A stretch of DNA of 26,099 nt from Octopus sinensis (lineage: Eukaryota): contig NW_021835634.1 in the NCBI RefSeq assembly GCF_006345805.1, positions 1-26,099 of the forward strand, written 5' to 3'. The notes below the pieces were generated by a model, which saw nothing but the letters and a program-made list of their open reading frames with translations, was not told the DNA's origin and searched no databases. The position numbers and the translations under genes were made by a program. Shown here one piece after another: positions 9,263 to 21,704 of this stretch; positions within the stretch are counted from its first letter, which is position 1; every line of letters starts with the position of its first letter.

Positions 9263-9756
9263 TGTATGTCCATAATGCCAGACTGGATCCGAACTTTGAT
9301 CTTTTCTTTCTAAATGAAAGGTAGCTGAAGGCTTTGGACTACATAACTTACGTATAATCCTAGTCTGGTATTATAAATCTCTCCAGGAATAGGATAAACT
9401 AGTGCCAATCGAAGTTTAAGCTGGTTGGCATGCAGTGTCCTTTTTTCACTCTTTCCCACTTTCATTGGTTTTAGTTGCAGAACCGCAGACATAATGGAGA
9501 ACTTTCTAGAAGTGTTTCGGTAATCAAATCAATCTTGATTATTATGTTTTTATATAGATATACATACATACATACATACATACATACATACATACATACA
9601 TACATACACACACACAGACACACACATACACCCCCCACACACACACACATATATATATATATATGTCACTGAAGAGAATAATGGCATTAATCACCACCAG
9701 TATTACTAGAAATGAGAGTCAAAACAACTAAATAGCCCACAAAAGCACTATCTTAG

Positions 9757-9789
<33 letters not shown>

Positions 9790-10137
9790 TAATACAAACA
9801 AACAAATAAATAATTAACTAAACAAAAACAGAACTCTTAATTATAAAAATAAAAAAAGAAATTTTTACAAATCATTAAAAAATAATTTCTACAAATCATA
9901 CCAATAAAATGGTAATAGTAAAGTGACGAATAATTTGGGTAATAAAATGATAATAAAATAAATTTTAAAATATCATTAAAAGAAAAAATCTGAAATAAAA
10001 TAAAGAAAATCTGATTAATAATTCATAAAAATATAAATCACAACAATAAAAATCAAAAGAAAGAAAAAAGAAAAATATTAAAATTTATAAAAGAAGCAAT
10101 AAATCATAACAATAAAACATGAAATAAAAACCATCAA

Positions 10138-10165
10138 AATAATAATAATAATGATGATGATGATG

Positions 10166-10226
<61 letters not shown>

Positions 10227-10260
10227 TGATAATAATAATAATAATAATGATAATAATAAT
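10138..10260. repeat. (AAT)n/(GAT)n microsatellite
   Basis: Directly visible; further (AAT)n at 10345-10390 and 10942-11011. Confidence 0.97.
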
Positions 10261-10344
10261 AACTATGAGTTTCTTTGCCCTAGGAGTCGGGAAGACACTC
10301 GGCAAGAAATGGAAGCAAATTTGAAAGAAGAAGAAAAAAAGAAA

Positions 10345-10390
<46 letters not shown>
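10261..10390 (+). mobile_element. Possible R4/Dong-type 3' UTR stub with (AAT)n tail
   Basis: ccctaggagtcgggaagacactcggc... sits inside (AAT)n and resembles remembered Dong/R4 3' ends; not verified. Confidence 0.4.
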
Positions 10391-10393
<3 letters not shown>

Positions 10394-10941
10394 GCCCTGA
10401 TGCAGTACCAGACAGTCGCTCTCATGGCTTCTGATCATAACTGGTTAGAAGTGTTATCATGTACATTATTTTGTCTTAGTATAGAATATGGGCTACAGCA
10501 AATATTCTGTTCAATACCACAGATTTGCTTCTCAGTTGTTTGACCATAACCAGTTGAGCATGTCCCTTAGTGGCTGACGATATGTGCATCTCTGACCACG
10601 AGCAGAAGTAGTTGAGGAGCATCAAACCCATGTGTTGAAAGGAATTCTTGGAGGTTTGGATAATTCACCATTAGAAACATGGGTGGTTCGTTCAACATCC
10701 TTAAACAATCTTTATTCAGGGACCTTTTGAGCAGGATGGGCTACTCAACCAGAAGAAAATTTTAACTGGGCCCCACCTGCAATTGTTAATCATGATATGA
10801 GATCACCATGTCATGCACATATGGTTATGATGTATGTACCTGGTGTACCCTTATCAGACGAGTAGTCATGATGGGTATACTGGGCTTTTGTATTTTACTC
10901 CAGTGTTACTTTGATGGCATGCACTGCTCTCTCACTCATTC
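10391..10941. mobile_element. Unclassified ~550-bp element embedded in (AAT)n
   Basis: Complex sequence with sharp (AAT)n boundaries on both sides and no ORF. Confidence 0.55.
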
Positions 10942-11010
<69 letters not shown>

Positions 11011-11013
<3 letters not shown>

Positions 11014-11530
11014 TTTTCTTTATTGGCCACAAGGGCTGAACACAAAACAAATAAGGATAGTTCAACAAAAGGGACAAGTGGGATTTGGCACGACATCATA
11101 TATAAAATAGATAACAATAACAGTTAACAATAAATTAAATAATAAAGATTCCCCAAATTGGAGGTTGTCCTCACAAAAACAGCTGAGGAACTCCATACAT
11201 CCTGGTCACCTTGACCACCAGGGACACATCAGCAGCTGCATCTCTCCTCAACTCTTCCGGTTTATGGGTGAATGTTCAAAGTTGGCCCATTCACACGGAC
11301 CATCCTCACCACATTTCTCCGTCTTTTAACAAAAAGATTGGTGAGTGGGGGCAGTACTTCCATCTCCACCCTCACTTTCCTTTTCAAGAAGAACTGGAAA
11401 ATGTCGATGAGGACTTGGCTGAAGAGGATGGTATCTGTCATCAGACCTTTCAACCTTGTCCACCACATTACCTTCAAAAACACAAACCATATTAAAAGGA
11501 AACTCAGTACTGTGAAAAACATGACAAAGT
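11011..11530 (-). mobile_element. L1/Tx1-like LINE 3' end (copy 2) with (TAT)n tail
   Basis: VMWWTRLKGLMTDTILFSQVLIDIFQFFLKRKVRV...RMVRVNGPTLNIHP*; tail ...cagcccttgtggccAATAAAgaaaa. Confidence 0.72.
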
Positions 11531-11557
11531 AAAGTATTACATGATGAATATCATACA

Positions 11558-12870
11558 AGGACCATCAATGGTTGGCAGCATCTCAACTTAAATTAAAAAC
11601 AGAGGGTATCATTATTGCAGCTCAAGATCATTATTTGACCGCCAGAAAATGCTAAGCAGTTAAGGCAGTGAGCTGGCAGAAACATTAGCATGCCGGGCGA
11701 AATTCTTTTCAGTATTTTGTCTGCCACTATGTTCTGAGTTCAAATTCCGCCGAGGTCGACTTTGCCTTTCATCATTTCAGGGTCGATTAAATAAGTACCA
11801 GTTAAGCACTAGAGTCGATATAATCGATTTAATCCGTTTGTCTGTCCTTGTTCATTCCCTCTGTGTATAGCCCCTTCTGGGTAGTAAAGAAATAGGTATT
11901 TTGTCTGCCGCTACGTTCTGAGTTCAAATTCTGCCGAGGTCGACTTTGCCTTTCATCCTTTCGGGGTCGATTAAATAAGTACCAGTTACGCACTGGAGTC
12001 GATATAATCGACTTAATTCATTTGTCTGTCTTTGATCATCCCCTCTGTGTGTAGCCCCTTCTGGGTAGTAACGAAATAGGTATTTTATCTGCCGCTACGT
12101 TCTGAGTTCAAATTCTGCCGAGGTCGACTTTGCCTTTCATCATTTCAGGGTCGATTAAATAAGTACCAGTTACGAACTGGGGTCGATATAATCGACTTAA
12201 TCCATTTGTCTGTCCTTGTTTGTCCTCTCTGTGTGTAACCCGTTGTGGGCAATAAAGAAATAAGAAACTGCTAAGCAAACATCTATAAAAATGGTGTTGA
12301 TTCTGATGCCACTTTTGTGGTACAGCCAGGGAAACAACTGACCACCTCATTTCTGGATGCTCTATGTTAGTCTCAAATGAATATATTAATCCCCATGATA
12401 GACTTGGTCAGTGTTTGTACTGGAGCAGATGCTGTAAGTTTGGACTTTCTTATAAGAACTGACAGGAACATAAGCAGAAGAAAATAAGATATCACTGTTC
12501 TTTAGGAATTTAATATTCAAATTGGAGAAACTATTCAGGACAATAGACCAGACATTGTGGTAAAAATCACATTCATAAACATGTCTGCTCATAGATATAT
12601 CAATCCTAGCTGACTGTGATATTCCTGTTAAAACATTTGGTAAGTAAATATAAGGCCCTGAAATAGAGGTCTGTTCCTGTGAACATTGGAGGTTAAGGAA
12701 CAATACTAAATCATATACTTTAAACACTATGACCCCAAGGTATCAAAATTACAAAAAATTGTCCACATGGGCACTGCCCTCTCAGACACTTGTGTGCTAA
12801 GGAAACCAGGTGACTCGCCTTGCAAGTCCAAAGACCTAAAACTTCACCAACAAAAAATAAAAAGCAAAAG
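11558..12870 (+). pseudogene. R4/Dong-clade non-LTR retrotransposon, C-terminal remnant with CCHC zinc knuckle and REL endonuclease
   Basis: WLAASQLKLKTEGIIIAAQD (11569+); CHFCGTARETTDHLISGC (12307-60); EYINPHD; NRPDIVVK (12542+); CLLIDISI; LQKIVHMGTA (12749+). Contains stops and frameshifts and is split by a SINE. Confidence 0.88.
11659..12262 (+). mobile_element. SINE family A, trimeric body
   Basis: Units start at 11711, 11895 and 12079 (period 184). TSD agaaa(a/c)tgctaagca 11644-58 / 12263-77. Confidence 0.92.
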
Positions 12871-13091
12871 AAAACAATGATTATCCAATTGTGAATCCAA
12901 GGGTTAAAACTATTTCAAAATCTGAAACTGTGACGATTTCACAACTCATGATGCTTTTCTAAGGTGTTCTTTGAAAAGATTTAAACACAGTGGAAGTTAT
13001 ACAATGATTTTTCCATACATAATTTTATACAAAAAATTTTTCTTTTTTCCTTTAAGTGGAGCATTGTTGTCAGAGAAGATTATACAATATA

Positions 13092-13130
<39 letters not shown>

Positions 13131-13237
13131 AAATATGTGTATTTTAAGAGAATATACATTTTTTCCAACAGTAAATATCATTTTCAATCATCTTTTTATA
13201 CAGCAAATAACAATGCATGGACTAAATTTCTCCTCCA

Positions 13238-13378
13238 TTCTCTCTCTCTCTCCCTCCTTCTGTCTCTCTCTCTCCCTCTCTCTCTCTCTCCTCTCTCGTC
13301 ACGCTCTCCTCTCTCTCTCTCTCCCCTCTCTCTTTCTCTCTCCTCCCTCTTCTCCTCCTCCTCTCCTCTCCTCTCCTC

Positions 13379-13420
<42 letters not shown>
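13238..13420. repeat. (CT)n/(CCT)n polypyrimidine microsatellite
   Basis: Directly visible. Confidence 0.95.
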
Positions 13421-13423
<3 letters not shown>

Positions 13424-13610
13424 CTGAAAAGATTGAATCTCAATAGCTAAAGACAGAATTAGGTAAATTGACAGTCAGCAGCTAATATTGGGTCTCCTTT
13501 TTCATTTTCAATTAAGGGTAAATGTGTGTTCCCAGTAATTGGATTTTAAACAGAATCAGTATGGTACATAACATTCTTTGTGAATATGCATTGTATGAAG
13601 GCATTCATAA

Positions 13611-13699
13611 ATGTGTGTGTGTGTGTGTCGGTCTGTCTGTGTGTCTGTCTGAGTCTGTGTAGGTGTGTGTGTGTGTATCTATTTGTGCTTATGCATGTT

Positions 13700-13746
<47 letters not shown>

Positions 13747-14455
13747 TTTTATGTACACAGACACACATGTGTGTGTATGTATCTGTGTGTATGAATGAGT
13801 GTATGTGTGTATGTATAAACACAAATTCACACATATATTTAAATTAGTATGTGTGTGTGTGTGTAGGTGTCTGTCTTTCTGTATGTATCTGTATATATGT
13901 GTATCTGTGTTTATGTATACACACGCACACACACGCACATGTATATATAATACATATTTGTGTGCGTGCTTATGTGCATATGTGTATGTATATATGCAAA
14001 CACACGCATACACATGTACATTTATGTATGTATGTATGTGTATGTCTCTATCTGTCTGTCTGTATTTGTGTGTGAGTGTGTGTGTGTATCTATTTGTGTT
14101 TATGTATACACACGCACACACATATATATATATATATACATATTTGTGTGCATTCTTATGTGCGTGTGTGTATGTATATATGCAAACATACGCATACATT
14201 TATGTATATGTGTATGTGTCTATCTGGCTGTGTTTGTGTGTGTGTGGTGTGTGTGCATGTATGCGTGTGTGCATGTGTGTGCATGTGTGTGTATGTGTGT
14301 GTACATACTATCATAAGAAATGCACAGAGACAAATGCGCTCACAAATCAAATTACACACACACACATACGTGTATGACATGTATGTGTGCGTATGTGTGT
14401 GTGTGTATGTATGTATGTATGTGAGTGTGTTTAGGGTGGTACGTGTATGTGTGAG
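13611..14455. repeat. TG/TA compound microsatellite with ~189-bp tandem duplication
   Basis: tgtgtttatgtatacacacgcacacac...gtatatatgcaaaca occurs at about 13906 and 14095. Confidence 0.88.
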
Positions 14456-14552
14456 AGATGAGAAAGGAAATAGACTATCAGCTCCCAAAATGCAGTTTAT
14501 ACAGTTCCAGTCCATTGCTGGATTTTGGCCAAATTCCCACATTGTCTTCAGG

Positions 14553-14589
<37 letters not shown>

Positions 14590-15134
14590 ATCTGCTGCTG
14601 GTGTTGTTATTATAGTAGTGGTAGTTGTACTAGTTTAGTAGTAGTTGTTGTTGTTGCCATAATTTATTGTTTGCAATTGAATGCAGTAATTTCTGCAGAG
14701 AAATGTCCCTGTTGCTCGAAAAGAAGGACAATATAATTAAAGGAAGGAATTAATTCTCTACCAATTTTCCATATTTGCTTTGATAAAGAATATTCATGCT
14801 GAAATTGAGGGATCATATTTGTCTGCCATAGAAGCTATTTGCAGAATTTTTGAAAAATAATTTAATCAGAAACAAAGTATTGTTTCATTTTTTGCTTTTC
14901 TTTTCTTAGTTTTATGGGGTTTTTTTTTGTTTGGTGGGGGGTACTTTCTTTTGGGGTTTTTAGCTTTTTGCTTTTGATACAGAGGAAAGGTTTGTATGAA
15001 AGCTAACCTCGCTATCTTCTGCTTTCAGCCCCATGCTCACATTTAGTAATGAACTCTATTTAAGGACTAAGAGTACAGTGGTGTTACGTGACTCAACCAA
15101 AGGTCATCTCTGGCATCTAGTAAATAAATAAATG

Positions 15135-15378
15135 GGCCCTTTTAAAGCCTAGCCAGGCTCATGGGCCTGGTTTCCTGGTTTCCATGGCGTGTGTGTTCCC
15201 CAGTTGGATGGGACGCCAGTCCATCGCAGCGTTACTCATTTTTGCCAGCTGAGTGGACTGGAGCAACGCGAAATGAAGTGGTTTGCTCAAGAACCCAACG
15301 CGTCGCCCGGTCCAGGAATCGAAACCACAATCTTACGATCATGATGCTGACACCCTAACCACTAAACCACGCATCTCT
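15135..15378 (-). mobile_element. Family B SINE, well-preserved copy
   Basis: rc head gcgtggtttagtggttagggtg...ggtttcgattcctggaccgggcg with A and B boxes. Confidence 0.85.
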
Positions 15379-15516
15379 GGCATGTACTGAATGGTTTTGC
15401 TGCCAAGTGCTGCAAGACAGGGACTAGAATTAGTGTTATGAAGACTGAGACATTGGATTCTCAAAAGGAGCTATCAATGTTTCACTGATGATCTGCACAT
15501 CAGTGAAACATTGATG

Positions 15517-15676
15517 ACGGCAGTGGAGTGGTTGGCATCAGGAAAGACATCCAGTTGTAGAAATCAAGCCAAAGCTGACTGGGGCATTGTCCAGCTCTCT
15601 GGCCAACCAGTTCCAGTTAAATCATCTTACCCGTGCCAGCTTGGAAAACAATAGACATTAAATGGTGATGATGATT
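15517..15676 (+). mobile_element. Family D 3' fragment (degenerate)
   Basis: gagtggttggcatcaggaaagacatccagttgtagaaa...cccgtgccagcttggaaaa. Confidence 0.75.
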
Positions 15677-15725
15677 AGGAGGAGTGGGAGGGGGAAGAAG
15701 GAGGAAGATGACGATGACAACAAGT

Positions 15726-15910
15726 AGAGGCGCAATGGCCCAGTGGCTAGGGCAGTGAACTCGCAGTCATAAGAACACGGTTTCAATTCCCAGACCGGGC
15801 ATTGTGAGTGTTTATTGAGCAAAAACACCTAAGCACCACGAGGCTCTGGTAGGGCAAGGTGGGGAACCCCGCTGTACTCTTTCACCACAACTTTCTCTCA
15901 CTCTTTCTTA
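15726..15910 (+). mobile_element. Family B-related SINE 5' part
   Basis: tggcccagtggctagg A box, ggtttcaattcc B box, ttgagcaaaaacacct body. Confidence 0.72.
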
Positions 15911-16144
15911 CTACTTCTGCCACAAAGGAGAGGAACCATGGTGTAACCCACTATGGTGTGGTAAACTTTTCAGACCCTAGTCTAGATTGTAAATCCTCTG
16001 TACCCCAGGATGGTTCACCTCTCCACCCGTTAAAATACCTTTGAAGGTATTTTTTAATATGTTGGCCATTGATAGAATTTTTTCGAAAAACTCTATCCTA
16101 TATTAGATGTCCAACCCATGCTAGCATGGAAAACTGGACGCTAA

Positions 16145-16669
16145 ACGATGATGATGATGATGATGATATATATATATATATATATATATATATCATCATC
16201 ATCATTGTTTAATGTCCACATATACATATTTATACACACATACACACACAGATATATATACACACACATCGCATATGTATTGATTATGAGCTGCATCACA
16301 CTCATAGTTATGACGTTGACGGTGATCATCATCATCTTCACTTTCATCTTAACATCAATTATCATTATGAACAACATTCCTGTTGATGATGAGGATGATG
16401 ATGATGATGCCGTCGCCACCGACAACGACGACCATCACCATCATCTTTGTCGTCGACGTCATCATCATCATCACCGCCACCACCCACCACCACCGCCTCC
16501 AGCATCCTCTTCATCATCGTTGTTATCATTATATTACAAACTAATTGATCAGCTTAATACCCCCAAATAATCAGAGACAATAGTCGTTAGATTCCAGACA
16601 TGTTCAGTCTCGTCACAGTGTAAACCTACGTTATAAAAGAAAACTTAAAAGATCTTACGACATTCACTT

Positions 16670-16721
<52 letters not shown>

Positions 16722-16895
16722 ATCTCTCTCTCTTTCATTCTTTTTCTCTGTTACTCTCAATCTATTTATTTCCTATAATCTATTCATATATATACACACA
16801 TAGACAAACAAACAAATATACATACATATATGTGTGTGTGTTGGATGAATATGTATATACAGATCTATATATATACATATATATTATATATATAT

Positions 16896-16929
<34 letters not shown>

Positions 16930-16936
16930 ACATATA

Positions 16937-16968
<32 letters not shown>

Positions 16969-17126
16969 GGTATGTATATGTAGGTGTATGTATATATATA
17001 TATTATTATATATATATTATATATATATATATACACACACACATACACATACATATATATACAACATATACATGTATATGTATACATGCGTATTTGCATA
17101 ATTTATGTATGTATACATATATATAG

Positions 17127-17212
<86 letters not shown>

Positions 17213-17730
17213 TATATATAATATATATACATATTTATATGCATGCATATCATATATGTATATACATACAGATACAGATATATATACATGCAAAATATGT
17301 GTATGTTGTCATCATCATCATTATCATTAGATGATGATGATGATGAGAAGGAGAAGGAAGAAGAATATGAAACTTGTATATATGTGTGTGTAAATATGTG
17401 TGCATGTATGTTCATGAATATATATATGTGTGTGTGTGTGTGTATACATGTATATATATATATATATACATATACATAATTTAATTTATGCAAATACCAT
17501 GTATACATATAAGTGTATATGATGTATATCTATGTTTGTGTGTGTATATCTATAATATATATATACATACATACATATTATATATTATATTATCTATATA
17601 TATATATATCTATATTATATATATATATATATATATACTATATATATATATATTATATATATATATACATACATCACATACATCATATACAGACACATAT
17701 ATATCTATAAATTGTGTGGTGTGTGTGTGC
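16145..17730. repeat. Large microsatellite field (GAT/CAT)n,(CT)n,(TA)n,(TATG)n
   Basis: Directly visible, with short unique interruptions. Confidence 0.9.
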
Positions 17731-18129
17731 ATGTTCATATCAATTCAATATCCCAGACACATCACATTATTCCAAAGTAGAACAAAACCATTCCATTGAA
17801 GACATAGAAAATATTTGTTCTTGCTTTACCGAATATTTCAAAGAAAGAATTCCATGTGAGAATTTCTCTCTTGAAAAGTGTAGCACAAACCTCTGAGGAT
17901 AACAAACACATTCTCTCTGTCTTCCCAACTTCTCTTTCTCTCTCTCTCTCTGTTTCTCACTCCCTCTTTCACTCTCACTCTCACTTCTCCATTTCTCTCT
18001 CTCTCTCTCTCTCACTCTTTCCTTCTTGTGATGTCTATCCATCTGTCTGTCTGTTTGTCTATCCCTTTCATCGCTTTCTCTACTTCTTGTCATTCTTATC
18101 TCCTTCATGATGATCTATCCTCACTCTGA

Positions 18130-18160
<31 letters not shown>

Positions 18161-18161
18161 A

Positions 18162-18193
<32 letters not shown>

Positions 18194-18202
18194 CTATCTA
18201 TC

Positions 18203-18244
<42 letters not shown>

Positions 18245-18257
18245 GTACCTATATATA

Positions 18258-18674
18258 TAGGCGTAGTAGTGGCTGTGTGGTAAGTAGCTTGCTTGCCAAC
18301 CACATGGTTTCAATTTCAGTCCCACTGCATGGCACCTTGGGCAAGTGTCTTCTACTATATAGCCTCGGGCCGACCAAAGCCTTGTGAGTGGATTTGGTAG
18401 ATGGAAACTGAAAGAAGTCCATTGTATATATGTATATATGTATGTGTGTGCATATGTTTGTGTGTCTGTGTTTGTCACCCCAACATCGCTAGACAAACAA
18501 TGCTGCTGTGTTGATGTCCATGTAACTTAGCGGTTCGGCATAAGAGACCAATAGAATGAGTATCAGGCATACAAAGAATAAGTCCTGGGGTCAATTTGCT
18601 TGACTAAAAGGCAGTGGTCCAGCATGGCCACAGTCAAATGAATGAAACAAGTAAAAGAGTAAAAGAGTAAAAAA

Positions 18675-18676
<2 letters not shown>
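18258..18676 (+). mobile_element. tRNA-derived CORE-like SINE (family C), near full length
   Basis: tggctgtgtggtaag head, CORE-like accttgggcaagtgtctt, internal (TA)/(TG), tail (aagagtaa)n. The same tail is at window positions 1-26. Confidence 0.9.
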
Positions 18677-18715
<39 letters not shown>

Positions 18716-18989
18716 TACATACACTTACATATATTGCATTTGTGTGTATGTGTGTGTGTCTAATTTCTTAATTTCTGATATTCCATATTCTGAAAATCTC
18801 TCTCCATCTCTTTCTCTCTCTCTCTCTCTCACACTCACCCACACCCACACATACAGATAGTCAAGTCCATCAAAAGGTACCTGACTGCCAGACTTCTCTT
18901 CCACTGGCAACCTTGTTTCATTGCATAATCTATCCAAAGTAGAAGCAAGAAGAGAGTTAGAGGAGAGGATACAAAGGGGAGGGGGAGGG

Positions 18990-19235
18990 GTGATGACAAC
19001 TAAAATGATGATGATGTCGACGATGATGATGACAACAATAATGGCGATGGTGATGACGGTGATGATGATGATGATGATGATGATGATGACAATGATAATG
19101 ATGATGGTGACGATGACGAAGGGGTGGAGGGTAAAGATACGAGGAGGAATCGTGAAGCTGCTGACTTACTGCTGATGATGACAATGGTGATGATGATGAT
19201 AATGATGATGATGATGATGATGACAGTGACAACGA
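18990..19235. repeat. Degenerate (GAT)n microsatellite
   Basis: Directly visible. Confidence 0.93.
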
Positions 19236-19869
19236 TGCAGAGGAGAAGGAGAAGTGAACATTATTAAAACTGCTACCACCATGCCTTCCTCTCCTGCCGC
19301 CCATCCACCTCATCTGCCACCCTCCACCCTCACCTTACCTCACACCACCCCCACCACCCCGCCAACTATCACCCAACCCACTGTCTATATCCATCATCAA
19401 GTGCGGACTTGTTGCTGAACTGAACAATAGAACATCGTCTTACACGTCTTACACGATACTTTCAAATGTCTTCAGCAGACAAAACAATATTACGAAAATA
19501 AGAAAAAAAAATAAAAGAGTAAAACAATAAAACAATAAAAACAAAGACATTGGAAAAAAGTGAAATTTTATGTGAATTAATTATAGGTTTTTCTACATTT
19601 TTTTTTTTTTTGTCACTGGTGGTGGAAATTTTTAGTATTTAGTTTCAACCCAAAATATTCATTGTCTTTATAAAAATTTACTAACAATATATATTATTAG
19701 AAGAGACAATATCTGTGCAGAGATTTCTTATATAAAAACCTGGAAGAAAATTTATAAGTGTGTATCAGTGCTCAACAATTTGGATTCATTTTCTGAGCCT
19801 ATGACACTTTAGTTTGCATGGAGCTGAAACAAGCGATTATAAAAGGATACATTACATACATATACATAC

Positions 19870-20252
19870 ATATGCTTGGGGAGACCTATTGAGTCAAGTA
19901 CATCAACATCAAAATAAAACTCAAATGGAAATTGTAGTTGTGATACCCGTACCGGTGGCATGTAAAAAGTACCATCCGAATGTGGCCGATGCCAGTGCCA
20001 CCAGTGACACATAAAAGCACCAACTGATCATGGCTGTTTGCCAGCCTCCTCTGGCCCCTGTGCCAGTGGCACGTAAAAAGCACCCACTACACTCACAGAG
20101 TGGTTGGCGTTAGGAAGGGCATCCAGCTGTAGAAACACTGCCAGATAAGACTGGAGCCTGGTGCAGCCTCCTGGCTTCCCAGACCCCGGTAGAACTGCCC
20201 AACCCATGCTAGCATGGAAAACGGATGTTAAACGGTGATGAACGGTGATGAT
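19870..20252 (+). mobile_element. Family D element
   Basis: Three aaaagcacc subunits, then the conserved tail and (GAT)-like end; 5' boundary uncertain. Confidence 0.85.
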
Positions 20253-20301
20253 GTATATATATATACACACATATAAACATACATATATATACATACATAT
20301 A

Positions 20302-20567
20302 TCATGTAAAAATCACCATTCGAGCATGATAGTTACCTGTGTCGCCTTACTGGCACTTGTGCTGGTGGCACGTGAAAAAACATTTGAGTGAGGTCGTTGC
20401 CAGTGCTACTCGACTGGTTCCTGTGCAGGTGGCACATAAAAAGCACCATTTGAGCATGGCTGTTGCCAGTACCTCCTGACTGCGGCATGTAAAAGCACCT
20501 GCTACACTCTCGGAGTGGTTGGCGTTAGGAAGGACATCCAGCTGTAGAAACTCTGCCAGATCAGATT
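20302..20567 (+). mobile_element. Family D element, 3'-truncated
   Basis: About four subunits, then gagtggttggcgttaggaaggacatccagctgtagaaa; abuts LINE copy 3. Confidence 0.85.
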
Positions 20568-20574
20568 CTTCTTT

Positions 20575-21395
20575 GTATTTGCCCCTTTACTCCTTTTCCT
20601 TCTCCGACAAAGAGCTATGTAGAGATCGAAGACAGATCTTTCCCTGCATAGTAACTAGGGTAAAAGAGGCTGTGTGGTAGACCTGTCTGAAAGGTCTGAA
20701 GACAGGCACCTTCCTATCTGGTCAAGCTCTCATCAACTCATTCAAATATCATTTGAAGAGGAAGGTGAGGGTCAAGAAGAAGGTACTGCTTTCTATTGTG
20801 TCTACCAAAAGGTGGATAAGAGTGGCAAGAAGGCAGTGGGCTGGCAGAAACATTAGCACGCCAGGTGAAATGCTTAGCAGTATTTCATTTGTCACTACGT
20901 TCTGAGTTCAAATTCCGCCGAGGTCGACTTTGCCTTTCAGCTTTCAGGGGTCGATAAATTAAGTACCAGTTATGCACTGGGGTCGATGTTTGTCCCCTCT
21001 ATGTTTAGCCCGTTGTGGACAATAAAGAAATAAGAAATAAGAGTGGCAAGACTGGTGAGACTGAATGGATCTACTCTGAGTATGCTTTCCTAAGCAGGAG
21101 GAAAGAAACTGGATGAGGGCACTTTCCCATGCCTTAGAGATGGCAGAGTAATCTGGGACTTTTTGTGTGAGGTTTTTACCTTGAATGACCCTAAGTGGAC
21201 TAACCTGCTTCTGGGGACTCAATTTATTAATTATTAATTTTTCTAATTTCTATTTAAATGCAACCTTTTGTTAAATCCTTCAATGTTGTAGTGTGTCCCC
21301 TCAATCGATGTAAACTCCCACTTATTCTGGGATTTGTATCTTGCCCTTTCGTATTGTCCTCCATGTCTTTAGCCTTTTTGCCCAATAAAGGAAAT
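20575..21395 (+). mobile_element. L1/Tx1-like LINE 3' end (copy 3), split by SINE A
   Basis: VKEAVW*TCLKGLKTGTFLSGQALINSFKYHLKRKVRV...KRWIRVAR continues after the SINE as LVRLNGSTLSMLS* (stop 21091-93); tail ...gcccAATAAAggaaat then (CAT)n. Confidence 0.8.
20831..21036 (+). mobile_element. SINE family A monomer (internal deletion)
   Basis: Perfect 15-bp TSD ataagagtggcaaga 20816-30 / 21037-51. Confidence 0.92.
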
Positions 21396-21704
21396 CATCA
21401 TCATGGCTGTCGTCGTCATCATCATAATCATCATCATCATCATCATTATCATCATCACTATCACCATCATCAGCATCATTATCATTTTTATATATTCTTT
21501 TTTCTGTCTTTTTTTTTTGTCAAGCCAAATTTGAGAATTGGAGATTAAAGTAATTATCTGAGATATTCTGAAAGATTAATTTATAAATCCTGTAATAATA
21601 ATAATTACTCGTATTATTCTGGGAAACTTCTGCTTTTTTTTGTTTGTTTGTTTTTGTTTTTTTATCAACAATCTCGAATAATCATCAGTTTTTGATAAAC
21701 ACTT

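Noticed and set aside
9664-9726. CTGAAGA...GAAA...GTC hammerhead-like order
   Set aside because: Stems I and III do not pair, and stem II is weak.
12386-12727. 113-aa minus-strand ORF
   Set aside because: It is antisense to the R4/Dong remnant.
14495-14555. Minus-strand CTGAAGA followed by an imperfect hairpin
   Set aside because: No GAAA in the correct position and no stem I.
15485-15512. CTGATGA...GAAAC as a hammerhead
   Set aside because: There is no stem I, and the motifs are sequestered in the perfect hairpin.
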